This document shows positions 54,401-64,000 of a stretch of DNA of 64,000 nucleotides, piece after piece; the stretch's first letter is position 1, and every line of letters begins with the position of its first letter. Under the pieces are notes generated by a model that saw only the letters and a list, made by a program, of their open reading frames with translations, was not told the DNA's origin and did no database searches. The position numbers were made by a program, and so were the translations under genes. The DNA comes from Felis catus (taxonomy: Eukaryota). The stretch lies in the NCBI RefSeq assembly GCF_018350175.1, contig NC_058383.1:13890001-13954000 (forward strand), read 5' to 3'.

Positions 54401-55700
54401 AACTTGGCATCGTCTTCAACCAATGGGTCCCAGCTCTGGAACCTTGGCAAGGGATCACAGATTTTTTTTTAATTTAATTTTATTATTATTATTATTTTTT
54501 TTGCTCAGATGACTGTCCTCAGCTTCTTGGTCCCCTATCCTTGCCTTCTTCTGACGATACAAGCTGAGGTGGACCCTTGCCAGTGCTAACTGCCCTTGGG
54601 ATTGCCGTGTTTTATTAGGCATCTTACGGTTCCATCATCCCCGTTGCTGTCAGCGAGCCTAGCTCTGTAATGGCCTTTTCTGTCAGCCCTGACGTCACCT
54701 GCGTAGGAGACCCGTCACCGACCTTTATAGTGATAACGGTTCCAACCTACCAGGGCATTCCTTCTGACCTTGGACAAGTCTGTGTCTTCTGGATGACGTG
54801 GATTCTTGTGGAATGTAATCATTTGGTGGCTCTTCTGGCCGTACGTAGTACATCCATGACTCGAGTTGACCATTGGCGACCCTCTCAATCCTTTCCTTTA
54901 ACCATCTGCAGCAGCAATTCTGGATTTACTTAGCTTTGGGGTCATCATCTCCTGGGGCCCTTGCCAGGGCGTTAAACCCTATCTCTTGGAAGAGTGCTTC
55001 CAATTCAATAAGCTCTCCCCTCTGCGACCTTACCTTCTGGCTCCCATGACCAAGTGCCCCTGGTCTCCAGTCCCAGGAGCCCATGCCTCCTGCCCATATG
55101 TGCTGGCTAGATCTTGCAACATCCTTGGGGGATCTTCCTCTTCTTCCATTATTAGAGCCAGCGTGTCCCCAACAGGGTTATGCTGCAACCAGCTACTGGC
55201 CTAGTTGACAAGAGGGGTCTTGGCGAGGGGGCAGGTCCTGAGGGGGGCCCACGTTGTCTTGTAAGGTCTCAGACCTTACAACATCAAACAAGAAGGGAGT
55301 GACTTTCCTTGAGGGATGGACACTTCTGCAGGCTCACAGGGTTAGCAAAATCCGATGTTCTAAATATTTAGGTCACCTATGTGTCAGGGTCCCGTTTTTG
55401 CCTTCAGGATACTGACCTTGACATAACAGACTGGGGGTGTTAACTTCCTTTGGCACTCAGCCCTGACATCAAGTCCTGAACCTGGTCCTTAGCTTTTCGC
55501 TAGGCCTCCTGCTGTGGGACACGAGAACCTATTTGTAAGCTACGAAGGAGGCCCCGTGGCTTTCACATACGGCTTTTAATTGTCTATTAATCACCCACAG
55601 TTTTTTGCTGTCTTTTCCTAGGACATCAGTGGCACTCAGCGATAATTATCTAATATTTTTTTCTCTTCCTTCGCACAGATAAGAGCTATAAATTCTCAGA
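51480..55700 (-). mobile_element. Degraded class III ERV (ERV-L type) internal gag-pol region, with SINE insertions ~52045-52345
   Basis: RT motifs IDLAGAFFSVP..QQQTFTVLP (ORF 53535..53732) and YDIGNYIML (decayed YIDDIML). RNase H motif RWAEL..WKEKWPKV (ORF 52453..52719). Multiple frameshifts. Confidence 0.85.
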
Positions 55701-55799
55701 CACTGGAGAATGAACTACAGAAGGATATTCAAGAAGGAGTCACACTTGGAATGAGGGCAGAGTGGGTGCCTTGTTTTATGGTTATGTGTGTTTTATGCA

Positions 55800-56480
55800 C
55801 ATGAATAAAAAGATTGAGGTCGTATCATTCATTTGCTCAAAACCTTCCAGAGCCATGATGGCTTCCAGGCATGTTCCTGCCTCAGGGCCTTTGCACTTGC
55901 TGTTGCCTTTGCCTAGATTACTTTCCCTCAGATATTTTCATAGCTCTCTCTGCCTTCTTCTTCAGATATTTAATAAAAGTGTCTTCTCCTTCATGGAAAC
56001 TTCATTAGCCTGCTCCCCATCTCCAGCACATACCTACTCCCTTCCCTTCTCTGCTGAGTCTCTCCTTAGTACGTGTCAGTACTTAATATACAACATGCTT
56101 TGTCCGACAATGTCTTGTCGAACTTCCCTCTCTAAATATAACCTCTATGGGGTGTCTGGGTGGCTCAGTCGCTTGGGTGTCAAACTTCAGCTCAGGTCAT
56201 GATTTCACAGTTTGTGGGTTCGAGCCCCGCGCCGGGCTCTAGGCTGACAGCCCAGAGCCTGGAGCCTGCTTCGGATTCTGTGTCTTCCTCTCTCTCTGCC
56301 CCTCCCCCACTCACTCTCTGTCTCTCTCCGTCTCTCAAAAGTGAATAAACGTTAAAAAAAATAAAAAGAAAATACTTTAAATGTAACTTCTACAAGCACA
56401 GAGCTGTTTGTCCCCCCTCCCCACCTCCCCCATTGCTTCGTCTTCAACACCTACAATAGTGCCTCGCACGTAGAAAAATT
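55800..56480 (+). mobile_element. L2 relic interrupted by Can-SINE (56149-56370, +)
   Basis: cctgcctcagggcctttgcacttgctgttgcctttgcctaga is the L2 3' region. Confidence 0.7.
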
Positions 56481-56519
56481 TGTCAAATTAATAATCTTGA
56501 AAATAATCTTGAAACTTCT

Positions 56520-56899
56520 GAGCAAGTGAAGAAAGTGAAGAGGACGTGTGGGAGGGGCAGAGAAAGAGAATCCCCAGCAGGCTCTGCAATGCCAGACATG
56601 GGGCTCGACCCCATGAACCAAGAGATCACGACCTGAGCTGAAATCCAGAGCTGGAGGCTTACCCGACTGGGCCACCCAGGCACCCCTCTTTTCTTTTTTA
56701 AAAAATTTTAAAAAACGTTTACGTTTGAGAGAGGGAGAGAGAGCGTGAGCAGGGGAGGAGCAGACAGACAGCGGGTCTGAATCGGGCTCCGCGCTGACAG
56801 CCGAGAGCCTGACACGGGGCTTGAACTCACCAACCGTGAGACCATGACGTGAGCCGAGATCAAGAGGCAGACGCTTAACTGACAAGAGTCAGGCGCCCC
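56520..56899 (-). mobile_element. Two tandem antisense Can-SINEs
   Basis: Heads at ~56686 and ~56899. Confidence 0.85.
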
Positions 56900-57386
56900 T
56901 CCTTTCTTTCTTTGAACGAGACATTTTTTATTGAGATAAAACTCACCTAACAAATTAACCAAAGTGTGCAAATGGCAGTTGAGGAATGTGGGAGAAATCT
57001 GGGATTAGGCTCAAATTCCAGCTCTACCCTTTACCACCTGCCTTCTGAGCCCCAGCTCCCCCCCCCCCCCTCTCTCTTTATAGAGAGAGATTTCCCATTA
57101 TCAGATTGCTCATTCTGGGGTTGTGAGTTCAGAGATAAAAACGTCCTTCTCCTGGTGGTTAACTAGTGAGGTGCCCCGGGGCGAAATGCCCTAATTGGAA
57201 CTCAGACAGAAAACCAGAGCCCTAGGCCATCTCATGGCAGTTGGGAGCCGAGAGAGCTCTAGGGAACGCGGTAGGCCTGAGCGTGGAAGGACTGGTGTGG
57301 CCGGGGCGCCACCAGGGGTCATTCTTGCCCAGAGACCCAGTCGGTGTCCGTGAACAGTCCAGGCTGCCTGTTATTGCGCGTCCCGG

Positions 57387-57400
57387 ACACCAGAGGGCGC
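57387..57400 (+). promoter_or_regulatory. CTCF-like core motif
   Basis: ACACCAGAGGGCGC vs consensus CCASYAGRKGGCRS; a second weaker copy CCACCAGGGGTCAT at 57309. Confidence 0.5.
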
Positions 57401-57410
57401 CATCAGAACA

Positions 57411-57445
<35 letters not shown>

Positions 57446-57689
57446 TCGTGCCCACCAGCGCTCCCACCAAGGCCTGTTTGGATGGGGACATGGTCTCTGC
57501 AAGCAACTGGAAAAAAAACGCAGCCTCTGCTCGCAGTGCACCCTTCTCGAAGTAGCACAGATCCGAAGGTGATGGTGCATCTGGGGCTGTCTTGCCAGGA
57601 ATCAGGCTGACCTGATATAAATTCCCTGTTTACTCCAGGCCTGTCCCCACCTCCCTCCTTCTTTCCTTCCTTAAGGCAAAGAGCTGTTC

Positions 57690-58359
57690 TTTTTTTTATT
57701 TTATTTTTTTTAACGTTTATTTATTTATTATTTTTTTTTTAATTTTTTTTTTCAACGTTTTTTTAATTTATTTTTGGGACAGAGAGAGACAGAGCATGAA
57801 CGGGGGAGGGGCAGAGAGAGAGGGAGACACAGAATCGGAAACAGGCTCCAGGCTCTGAGCCATCAGCCCAGAGCCCGACGCGGGGCTCGAACTCACGGAC
57901 CGCGAGATCGTGACCCGGCTGAAGTCGGACGCTTAACCCACTGCGCCACCCAGGCGCCCCAACGTTTATTTTTGAGACAGTGAGAGACACAGCATGAACG
58001 GGGGAGGGGCAGAGAGGGAGACACAGAATCGGAAGCAGGCTCCAGGCTCCAGGCTCCGAGCCATCAGCCCGGAGCCCGACGCGGTGCTCGAACTCACGGA
58101 CCGCGAGATCGTGACCTGGCTGAAGTCGGACGCTTAACCGACTGCGCCACCCAGGCGCCCCAACGTTTATTTATTTTTGAGACAGTGAGAGACACAGCAT
58201 GAACGGGGGAGGGGCAGAGAGGGAGACACAGAATTGGAAGCAGGCTCCAGGCTCCGAGCCATCAGCCCGGAGCCCGACGCGGGGCTCGAACTCGCGGACC
58301 GCGAGATCGTGACCTGAGCTGAAGTCGGACACTAACCGATTGAGCCACCCAGGCGCCCC
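57690..58359 (-). mobile_element. Three head-to-tail Can-SINEs (middle copy hybrid)
   Basis: Heads end at 57960, 58161 and 58359; aacgtttat junctions. Confidence 0.93.
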
Positions 58360-58454
58360 AAAGAGTTGCTGTTCTAATGCATCAGCTTTCTCTAAGTTTG
58401 GCATACACATTGTCCTTAAAGTAGGGTCCTTTAGAAGTGCACCTTAGAATGCCA

Positions 58455-58630
58455 CTGGGGCCCAGGGGGTTACACATCTCCCTTCGGCCCAGGTCATGAT
58501 CTCATGGTTTGTGAGTTTGAGCCCCGCACCGGGCGGGCTCGGTGCAAAGCCTGTTTCAGATCCTCTGTCCCCCCCTCTCTCTCTCTGCCCTTCCCCCGTT
58601 CTCTCTCTCAAAAAGAAGAAGAAAAGAAAC
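58455..58630 (+). mobile_element. Degraded Can-SINE
   Basis: cccaggtcatgatctcatggtttgtgagtttgagcccc...(CT)n, A tail. Confidence 0.75.
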
Positions 58631-59124
58631 TGAAAATGCCACTGGTTAATGTTCCTACTCGTGCCCACATAAAAACCAAGTTGCTGCATGAGTTTGCACT
58701 CAGATGAAGTGTCGGGGGGGCGGAGGCAGGGGCGCTTCCGTCCTGCATCCCTGTCTGTTCAAGTTGGCAGGAACAAGTGCCCGTCAGCCTCTCCTTCCTC
58801 CACTGTCTTCTTCATCCACGTCTGTGGGGCCCAGACAAGGCTGGGCCCCTGGTCTCAAGAATCCACACCAGACCCGGCTCTGACATCTTGAGAGGCTGGA
58901 TGGTGCCATGCACCCCGCCTGCCCGCTTTGTGCCGCCTGACCTCACCCGGCCCTGAGAGCCTCTGGCCGACGTGCTCGTTCAACCACAGATGGTATCCCC
59001 TGCAGGAGATTCCCCAAAGCCTGCGCTCCCTTCGCCATCAAGGTCACAGCCCCGGAGCCCTTACGTTTCTCTCTCTCTGTGTCAAAATAAAAAAATAAAC
59101 CTTAAAAAAAAAAAGAGGAAACAA

Positions 59125-59308
59125 GGACACAGACGCACAGAGGGAAGACGACGTGAAGACCGAGAAAGAAGGCAGCCGTCTACAAGCCAAAGATAGGCTG
59201 GCTCCACCCCCAACCTTGATCTTGGCCTTGTAGCCTCCAGAATTGTGCGAAAATCCTGTTTAAAATCCTGCGGGGCGTTGTTTCAACAAACCTGGGAACT
59301 GAGAACAC
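59125..59308 (+). mobile_element. MLT1 (ERVL-MaLR) LTR 3' part
   Basis: acacagacgcacagagggaagacgacgtgaagac...ccttgatcttggccttgtagcctccagaattgtg. Confidence 0.7.
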
Positions 59309-59599
59309 GGTGTGTGAGAGGTGCCCAGGAAACCAGTCAGGAGCGGGCGGACGGCCTTCCAGTGACACGCATCGAAGAGAGGCTGACAGAGCGGCTGGAC
59401 ACGATGGGGACACTGTCTTTGGAGAGAGTTGTTGAGGTGCAAGGATCCCCGGCGGGGAGCTGGAGGGTCCCCCTTCTTCGCTCAAAGCCTGGTTGGGGAG
59501 GGGGCACCCCAAGGAGACCGTGTGGAGAAGTGGGTATGTGTCCCTGGAACAGGGGACCCAGTGTCCGGGTGTCTGACTTTTTTTTTTTTCACTATTTAA

Positions 59600-60070
59600 T
59601 TCAATTTTCTTTTTCTGATTAGAAGTAGTAGAATCACATTACTCTATTTTTTTTTTTTTTATTGAGATGGGCTTCACACACTGTAAATTCACCCTCTCAA
59701 CGTGTGCCTTCCACTCCAGAATATTGTCATCCGCGAAGAAACCCTGTGCGCCCTCCCGTCTCCCCAACAGCCTCCCCACGGCCGTGATCTACGTTTTCCC
59801 TGTGGATTTGCCTATTCTGGGTATCGGAGCTGTAATCACACAATATCTGCCCGGTTGGGGGGACGTGCTTGCCTTCTGTTGATCCTTTCCTCCGGCGAGG
59901 GACATCTGGGTTGTTTCCACCCCGGGGCTCTTGTGAATAGTGCGGCCGTGAACACTCGCGTGTACAAGGCTTTGCTTGAGTCTCTATTTTCCACTCTTTG
60001 GGGCACGACCCTAAGAGTTTGGAACTGCTGACCATGCAGTAATTTGACTTTCTATAGAACTGCCGAGCCC
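59600..60070 (-). mobile_element. Old L1M 3' end
   Basis: T tail, tggatttgcctattctgg, ggacatctgggttgtttccac, tgtgaatagtgcggccgtgaacact. Confidence 0.7.
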
Positions 60071-61689
60071 GGAGATTGGTTTTAATGTTAATTGCCTTCT
60101 ACCAACTCCGTTATTCCTGTTTTGTAGATTGAGTACAACTGATGCTCAGAAACTTGCCCGAGGCCAAATACTCATCAAGGACCAGCCAGGACCCCGACTA
60201 GGTCTGCTGAGGCTCAGGCCTGTGGCCACCGCTCTCCCCTCCCCCAGCCATCAGGAGCCTCTCTCTCTAGGGCTGGACTGGGCTTCACCCTGATGCTGGG
60301 ATCTCTGGGCTCCAGCGACAGATCTGTGCACAGTGCCAGGACCTCTCTGGCCACGTGGCCCCTTCCTGAAGGAGAGGGCAGAGAGAGCGCTAATGGCCTT
60401 TAGCTGTGGCTGTCCCCTTCCATGGCAGGGCTCGGAGAACTCACCGGTGGGCTGGTGGGAGCCCATGTCCCAGCTGACCCAGGGCCAGGGAAAGGTGTTG
60501 GTGTTTCACGGACTGAGCTGCTCTGTCCTGATGCCACTAGCAGGCCCGCTGCCCAGGGAGGAGCCTTGGCCCCTTGCCGGTGCGCCTGGAGCCCACGGCG
60601 CGCTGCACAGACTTCCCACCTCCCCGGTCCCTCACTGAGGGCAGGAGCCTCCCAATCAGCCCCTCGAGCCCGATGGACCCAGAGCCCAAGCCTGGAGCCG
60701 TCGAAAGCCCTGCAGAAATGCAACGAAAGGACAACCACAGGACAGAAGTGCAACAGAATGTCTAATGAAAGTATCAATAAAAGCAACGCTTCATTGATTG
60801 TTCACTCTTCTATCTGTAAACGTGTCCTCACAGTTGGACACCGATTTTTAGGCTTTCTTCATCTTGCTTTGCAAGATTTCCTGGACACGCATGGTGATAT
60901 TGAGGAAGAATGCGGGCTGTCCCACACTTGCAGTAAATCTGATCGTCGGTGTTGGCTGTGGGAGACTTTGAATGTGTTACGTACGTTAGGTGATGGGCGC
61001 CCGGGGCCTTGGAAAGGTCTGGACACACCCTGCACAAGCCGGGGGTCCATCTGGGCTTCCGTTTCTCAGAGGGGAGGGAACAGGAAGCCCACGAACGGGG
61101 TGCCGGGTCAGCCCCAGGCCGTCCTAGGAGCCCGTAGCTGTTGGCAGAGGGTGGCTTCGAGGCCGTTCCAGGTCCAATGTTAGTATCTCTGGTTGCCTCA
61201 CCAAGAAGACTGAGGCTTGGGCCTTGTACTTTTCCAATTTTGAGGTCTAGTTCGCAAAGCTTTACCGAGTCCCTGCTCAAGCCCAGTTTTCTGGCAGGCC
61301 CTGGGGATTCGGAGCTCGGGGACTGAGGGGTCCCTGCAGGGGTCAGGATAAATGGCGGGTGCCGGGGGTGGGGCGTGCGCCACAGGAGCCGGGACCCTGG
61401 GGCGGGCTCCCAGGGGATGGACTTGATTGCTGGAAGGAGGGGTAGAGGGCCCTGCAGCCTGAACACCCATCTTCAGCCGCCTGGAGGTGTCCCCAGGCTT
61501 GTGAAAGCACAAAGCAGCTGGGACCAGCCTGGGGCAGGGGACCAGGCTGCGTCTGCATTTCAGACGGATTGTTCTGCTGCGGGTGCGGAAGATGCCGGGA
61601 CGAGCCTGGAGGCCGGCGGCCAGTTAGAAGGCTAATGTCATGGTGCACACGGGAGCCAAAGCAGGGATGTTGCGAAATGGAGAGGCGAT

Positions 61690-62292
61690 TCGTTTCCTGG
61701 CCGGCTGGAACCGAGTACTGCGAACTGGGTGACTTCACGCGACAGCGATGTATTCTCGTCCCGTTCTGGAGGGTGGAAGTCCAAGATCAAGGTATCCACA
61801 GGGCTGTGCTCCCTCTGCGGCTCTAGAGACCCCTTCCTCACCTCTTCCTAGCCTCTGGCTGTGGCCGTGATGTAAGTACATCACTGCAGTCCCCGTCTCC
61901 AGCACATGGTGTCCCCGTGTGCTCTTATCCTCTCTATTCAGGACCCCAGTTGTGTTGGAATAAGGGGTGGTCCCTTATTGGGTCCCACCTAGTATGGTGG
62001 TCCCATACTAGTCCAGTATGACCTCATCTTGATTTACATTTTTTTTAAGTTTATTTTATTTTGAGAGAGAGAGAGAGAGAGCCTGAGTCGGGGAGGGGCA
62101 GAGAGAGAGGGAGAGAGAGAATCCCAAGCAAGGCTCCGCTCTGTCAGCACAGAGCCTGATGGGGGGCTTGAACTCACGAACCGTGAGATCATGACCTGAA
62201 CCTGAATCACATCAAGAGTCCGGACATTTAATTGAGCCACCCAGGCGCCCCTCGTCTTGATTTACGTCTTAATTACATCTGCAAAGACCTCA
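61690..62292 (-). mobile_element. MLT1 (ERVL-MaLR) LTR interrupted by antisense Can-SINE (62040-62252)
   Basis: gttctggagggtggaagtccaagatcaaggt...ccagtatgacctcatcttgatttac[SINE]...ttacatctgcaaagacc. TSD tcttgatttac. Confidence 0.8.
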
Positions 62293-62661
62293 TTGGCAAG
62301 TGAATGTAGCCGGAGGAGAGCCAGGGGGCTGTGGGTCCTGCAAGGGAAAGAGGGGACATTTCAAGCATGACTGCGGAGAAGGGGCAAATGGAGAGGCAGC
62401 GGCGTTCAACTGGGGAGGCTGAACCGGTCATGGGCTTTCCCACGCGGTGTCCCCTGGCTACTTCCGCGTGAGCACTCGCAGCGGGGTGGGCGGGAGCCAG
62501 ACTGCTGGGTCCCAGAGAGGGAATGCAGACTGTGCTATTACAGAGACAACACCGGTGCTGGAAGGACGCAACAGGTCCCCAGGGAAGGAAAAGAGGCACC
62601 AAAAACATCCTGGGGGGGGGGGGGGCTTGGAAAGAACTCGGGGAGAAGCGCTTGTCTCCTG

Positions 62662-62675
62662 CCACCAGGGGGCGA
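62662..62675 (+). promoter_or_regulatory. CTCF core motif
   Basis: tgCCACCAGGGGGCGAtc, near-perfect consensus match. Confidence 0.6.
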
Positions 62676-62989
62676 TCTGCACCCGCCCATCGGAAACACT
62701 CGCACAGACGGGACTCGTTCAGACGGGAACACTGCTCCCCCTTCTCTGGAGAAATTTCCCTTTGGATCCAGATGCATTTTGGGGGGTCCTAACAAGATGG
62801 TGAATGAACACAGCTGTCTTCCCCTGACCCTTGGGAAGTTACAGAAGGGAGAAGGGAACTTACAGATCCTGGGATCTAACATCCAAATAACAAGAAACAC
62901 CTTAGGAGTCAAAAGGTGGTTGGGGTCTACGGGCGGGGGGGGGGGGGGGCGGCAAGCAGCCACAGAGGTTAGTTTGGGGCCGAACTTTT

Positions 62990-63480
62990 TTCTTAATCTT
63001 AATGTTTGTTTTTATTTCGCTTGAAGTATAGTTGACATGTTAGTTTCAAGTTATGATGTGCTGATTCGACAGGTCAGTCGCCTGGGCTATGCTCCCCCAC
63101 AAACGTGGCTACCACCCGTCACCATACGGCACCGCGACAATAATACCATTGATGAGGGTCCCTCGCGGTACCTTTCATGTCTGTGACTTATTCATTCCAG
63201 AGCTGGAAGCCTGCGTCTCACACTCTCCTTCACCCGTATTGCTTATTCCCTTTATCTCCCTTCTCCGTGGCAGCCACCCGTCTGTTGTCTGTACTTACGG
63301 GTCTGTTTCTGCTTTTTATTTGTTTATTCATGTGTTTTGTTATATCGATGTTATGTAAGTGAAATCGTACGGCATTTGTCTTTCCTCGTCTGACTCATTT
63401 CACTTAGCCTCACAGCGTCCAAATCCAACCATGTTATCGAAAACGTCAAGATCTCCTTCCGTTCTATGGCTGAATAGCGG
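62990..63480 (-). mobile_element. L1 (L1MA/L1_Carn-type) 3' end
   Basis: ttgaagtatagttgacat...gtgaaatcgtacggcatttgtctttcctcgtctgactcatttcacttagc. Confidence 0.75.
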
Positions 63481-63799
63481 GGTAGAGCTTTTTGCCGTGA
63501 ACTTGCTGTCTCCCACCTCGTTTGGGCATGTTGCTCACCGCAGGGCCCGCCGTCCCCGTGTGACAACTGGAATGTCGTTGGGATGAAGGTAGCAGAGCCG
63601 CCACCAGCCTGTGACCCCGAATGACCTTTTGGAGCAGAAACCCCCAACTTCCTCTCTTGTTGCAGACATGTGCACTGTCATATGAGAGAGGAAGAAACTC
63701 CCGTGTGTGAGGTCATTCATGACATGTCTGAGTATATTTGTTACACAGCCCACTCTACCCTAACTAATACAAGACTCCGGGTCATTCATCAAAATTCAG

Positions 63800-64000
63800 A
63801 ACTTCTGTTTAACGAAGCGCCCATGGGCAGAGTTAACGGAAGGGTGACACATTGGGAAAAGATGTTTGTGTCATCCAATGTAAACAAGGGATTAACTCTC
63901 CTGGATAAGAAATTCGTATAAAGTAAGCACCACCACCACCATCCCCCAATCCCTCTGAGAAGTTGGGGAAGGATAAGAATTCATTGAGGGAGAAATCCAA
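63800..64000 (+). mobile_element. L1 ORF2 relic (partial)
   Basis: cattgggaaaagatgtttg...aaacaagggattaactctcctggataagaaattc, like L1 ORF2 WEKIF..DKGLIS. Confidence 0.5.

Noticed and set aside
60422..61183. 253-aa ORF and overlapping 212-aa antisense ORF
   Set aside because: No recognisable homology and no convincing exon boundaries. Cannot support a gene call.

Overview
Mammalian genomic DNA from a felid (diagnostic SINEC_Fc-type Can-SINEs), not a prokaryotic window. Bases ~1-33650 hold the 3' half of AUTS2 on the + strand. I could splice 13 coding exons by hand (exons 7-19 in human numbering; all GT-AG and phase-compatible; 3038 coding nt ending at TAA 31675-31677), followed by a ~2 kb 3' UTR. 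The rest is intergenic: about 35 Can-SINEs in the whole window, nested L1s, a decayed ERV-L gag-pol, MLT1 LTRs, MER5A/MER58 DNA transposons and MIR/L2 relics. The most interesting signals are of three kinds. (i) Several exon-like cassettes outside the canonical exon chain in AUTS2 introns: stop-containing 'poison' candidates at 9624-9720, 14468-14520 and 27737-27788, and an in-frame 33-nt microexon candidate enclosed in a predicted RNA stem at 11248-11280. Together they could form a splicing/NMD dosage-control layer on a dosage-sensitive gene. (ii) Local DNA-rearrangement scars: two SINEs sharing a ~48-bp unique 5' flank, a 33-bp templated copy of a nearby L1 segment, a hybrid SINE from unequal crossover, and a 114-bp tandem duplication. 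(iii) CTCF-like motifs and a motif-dense repeat-free block downstream of the gene. All novel items are sequence-based inference and need RNA-seq or conservation checks. Repeat boundaries are approximate.
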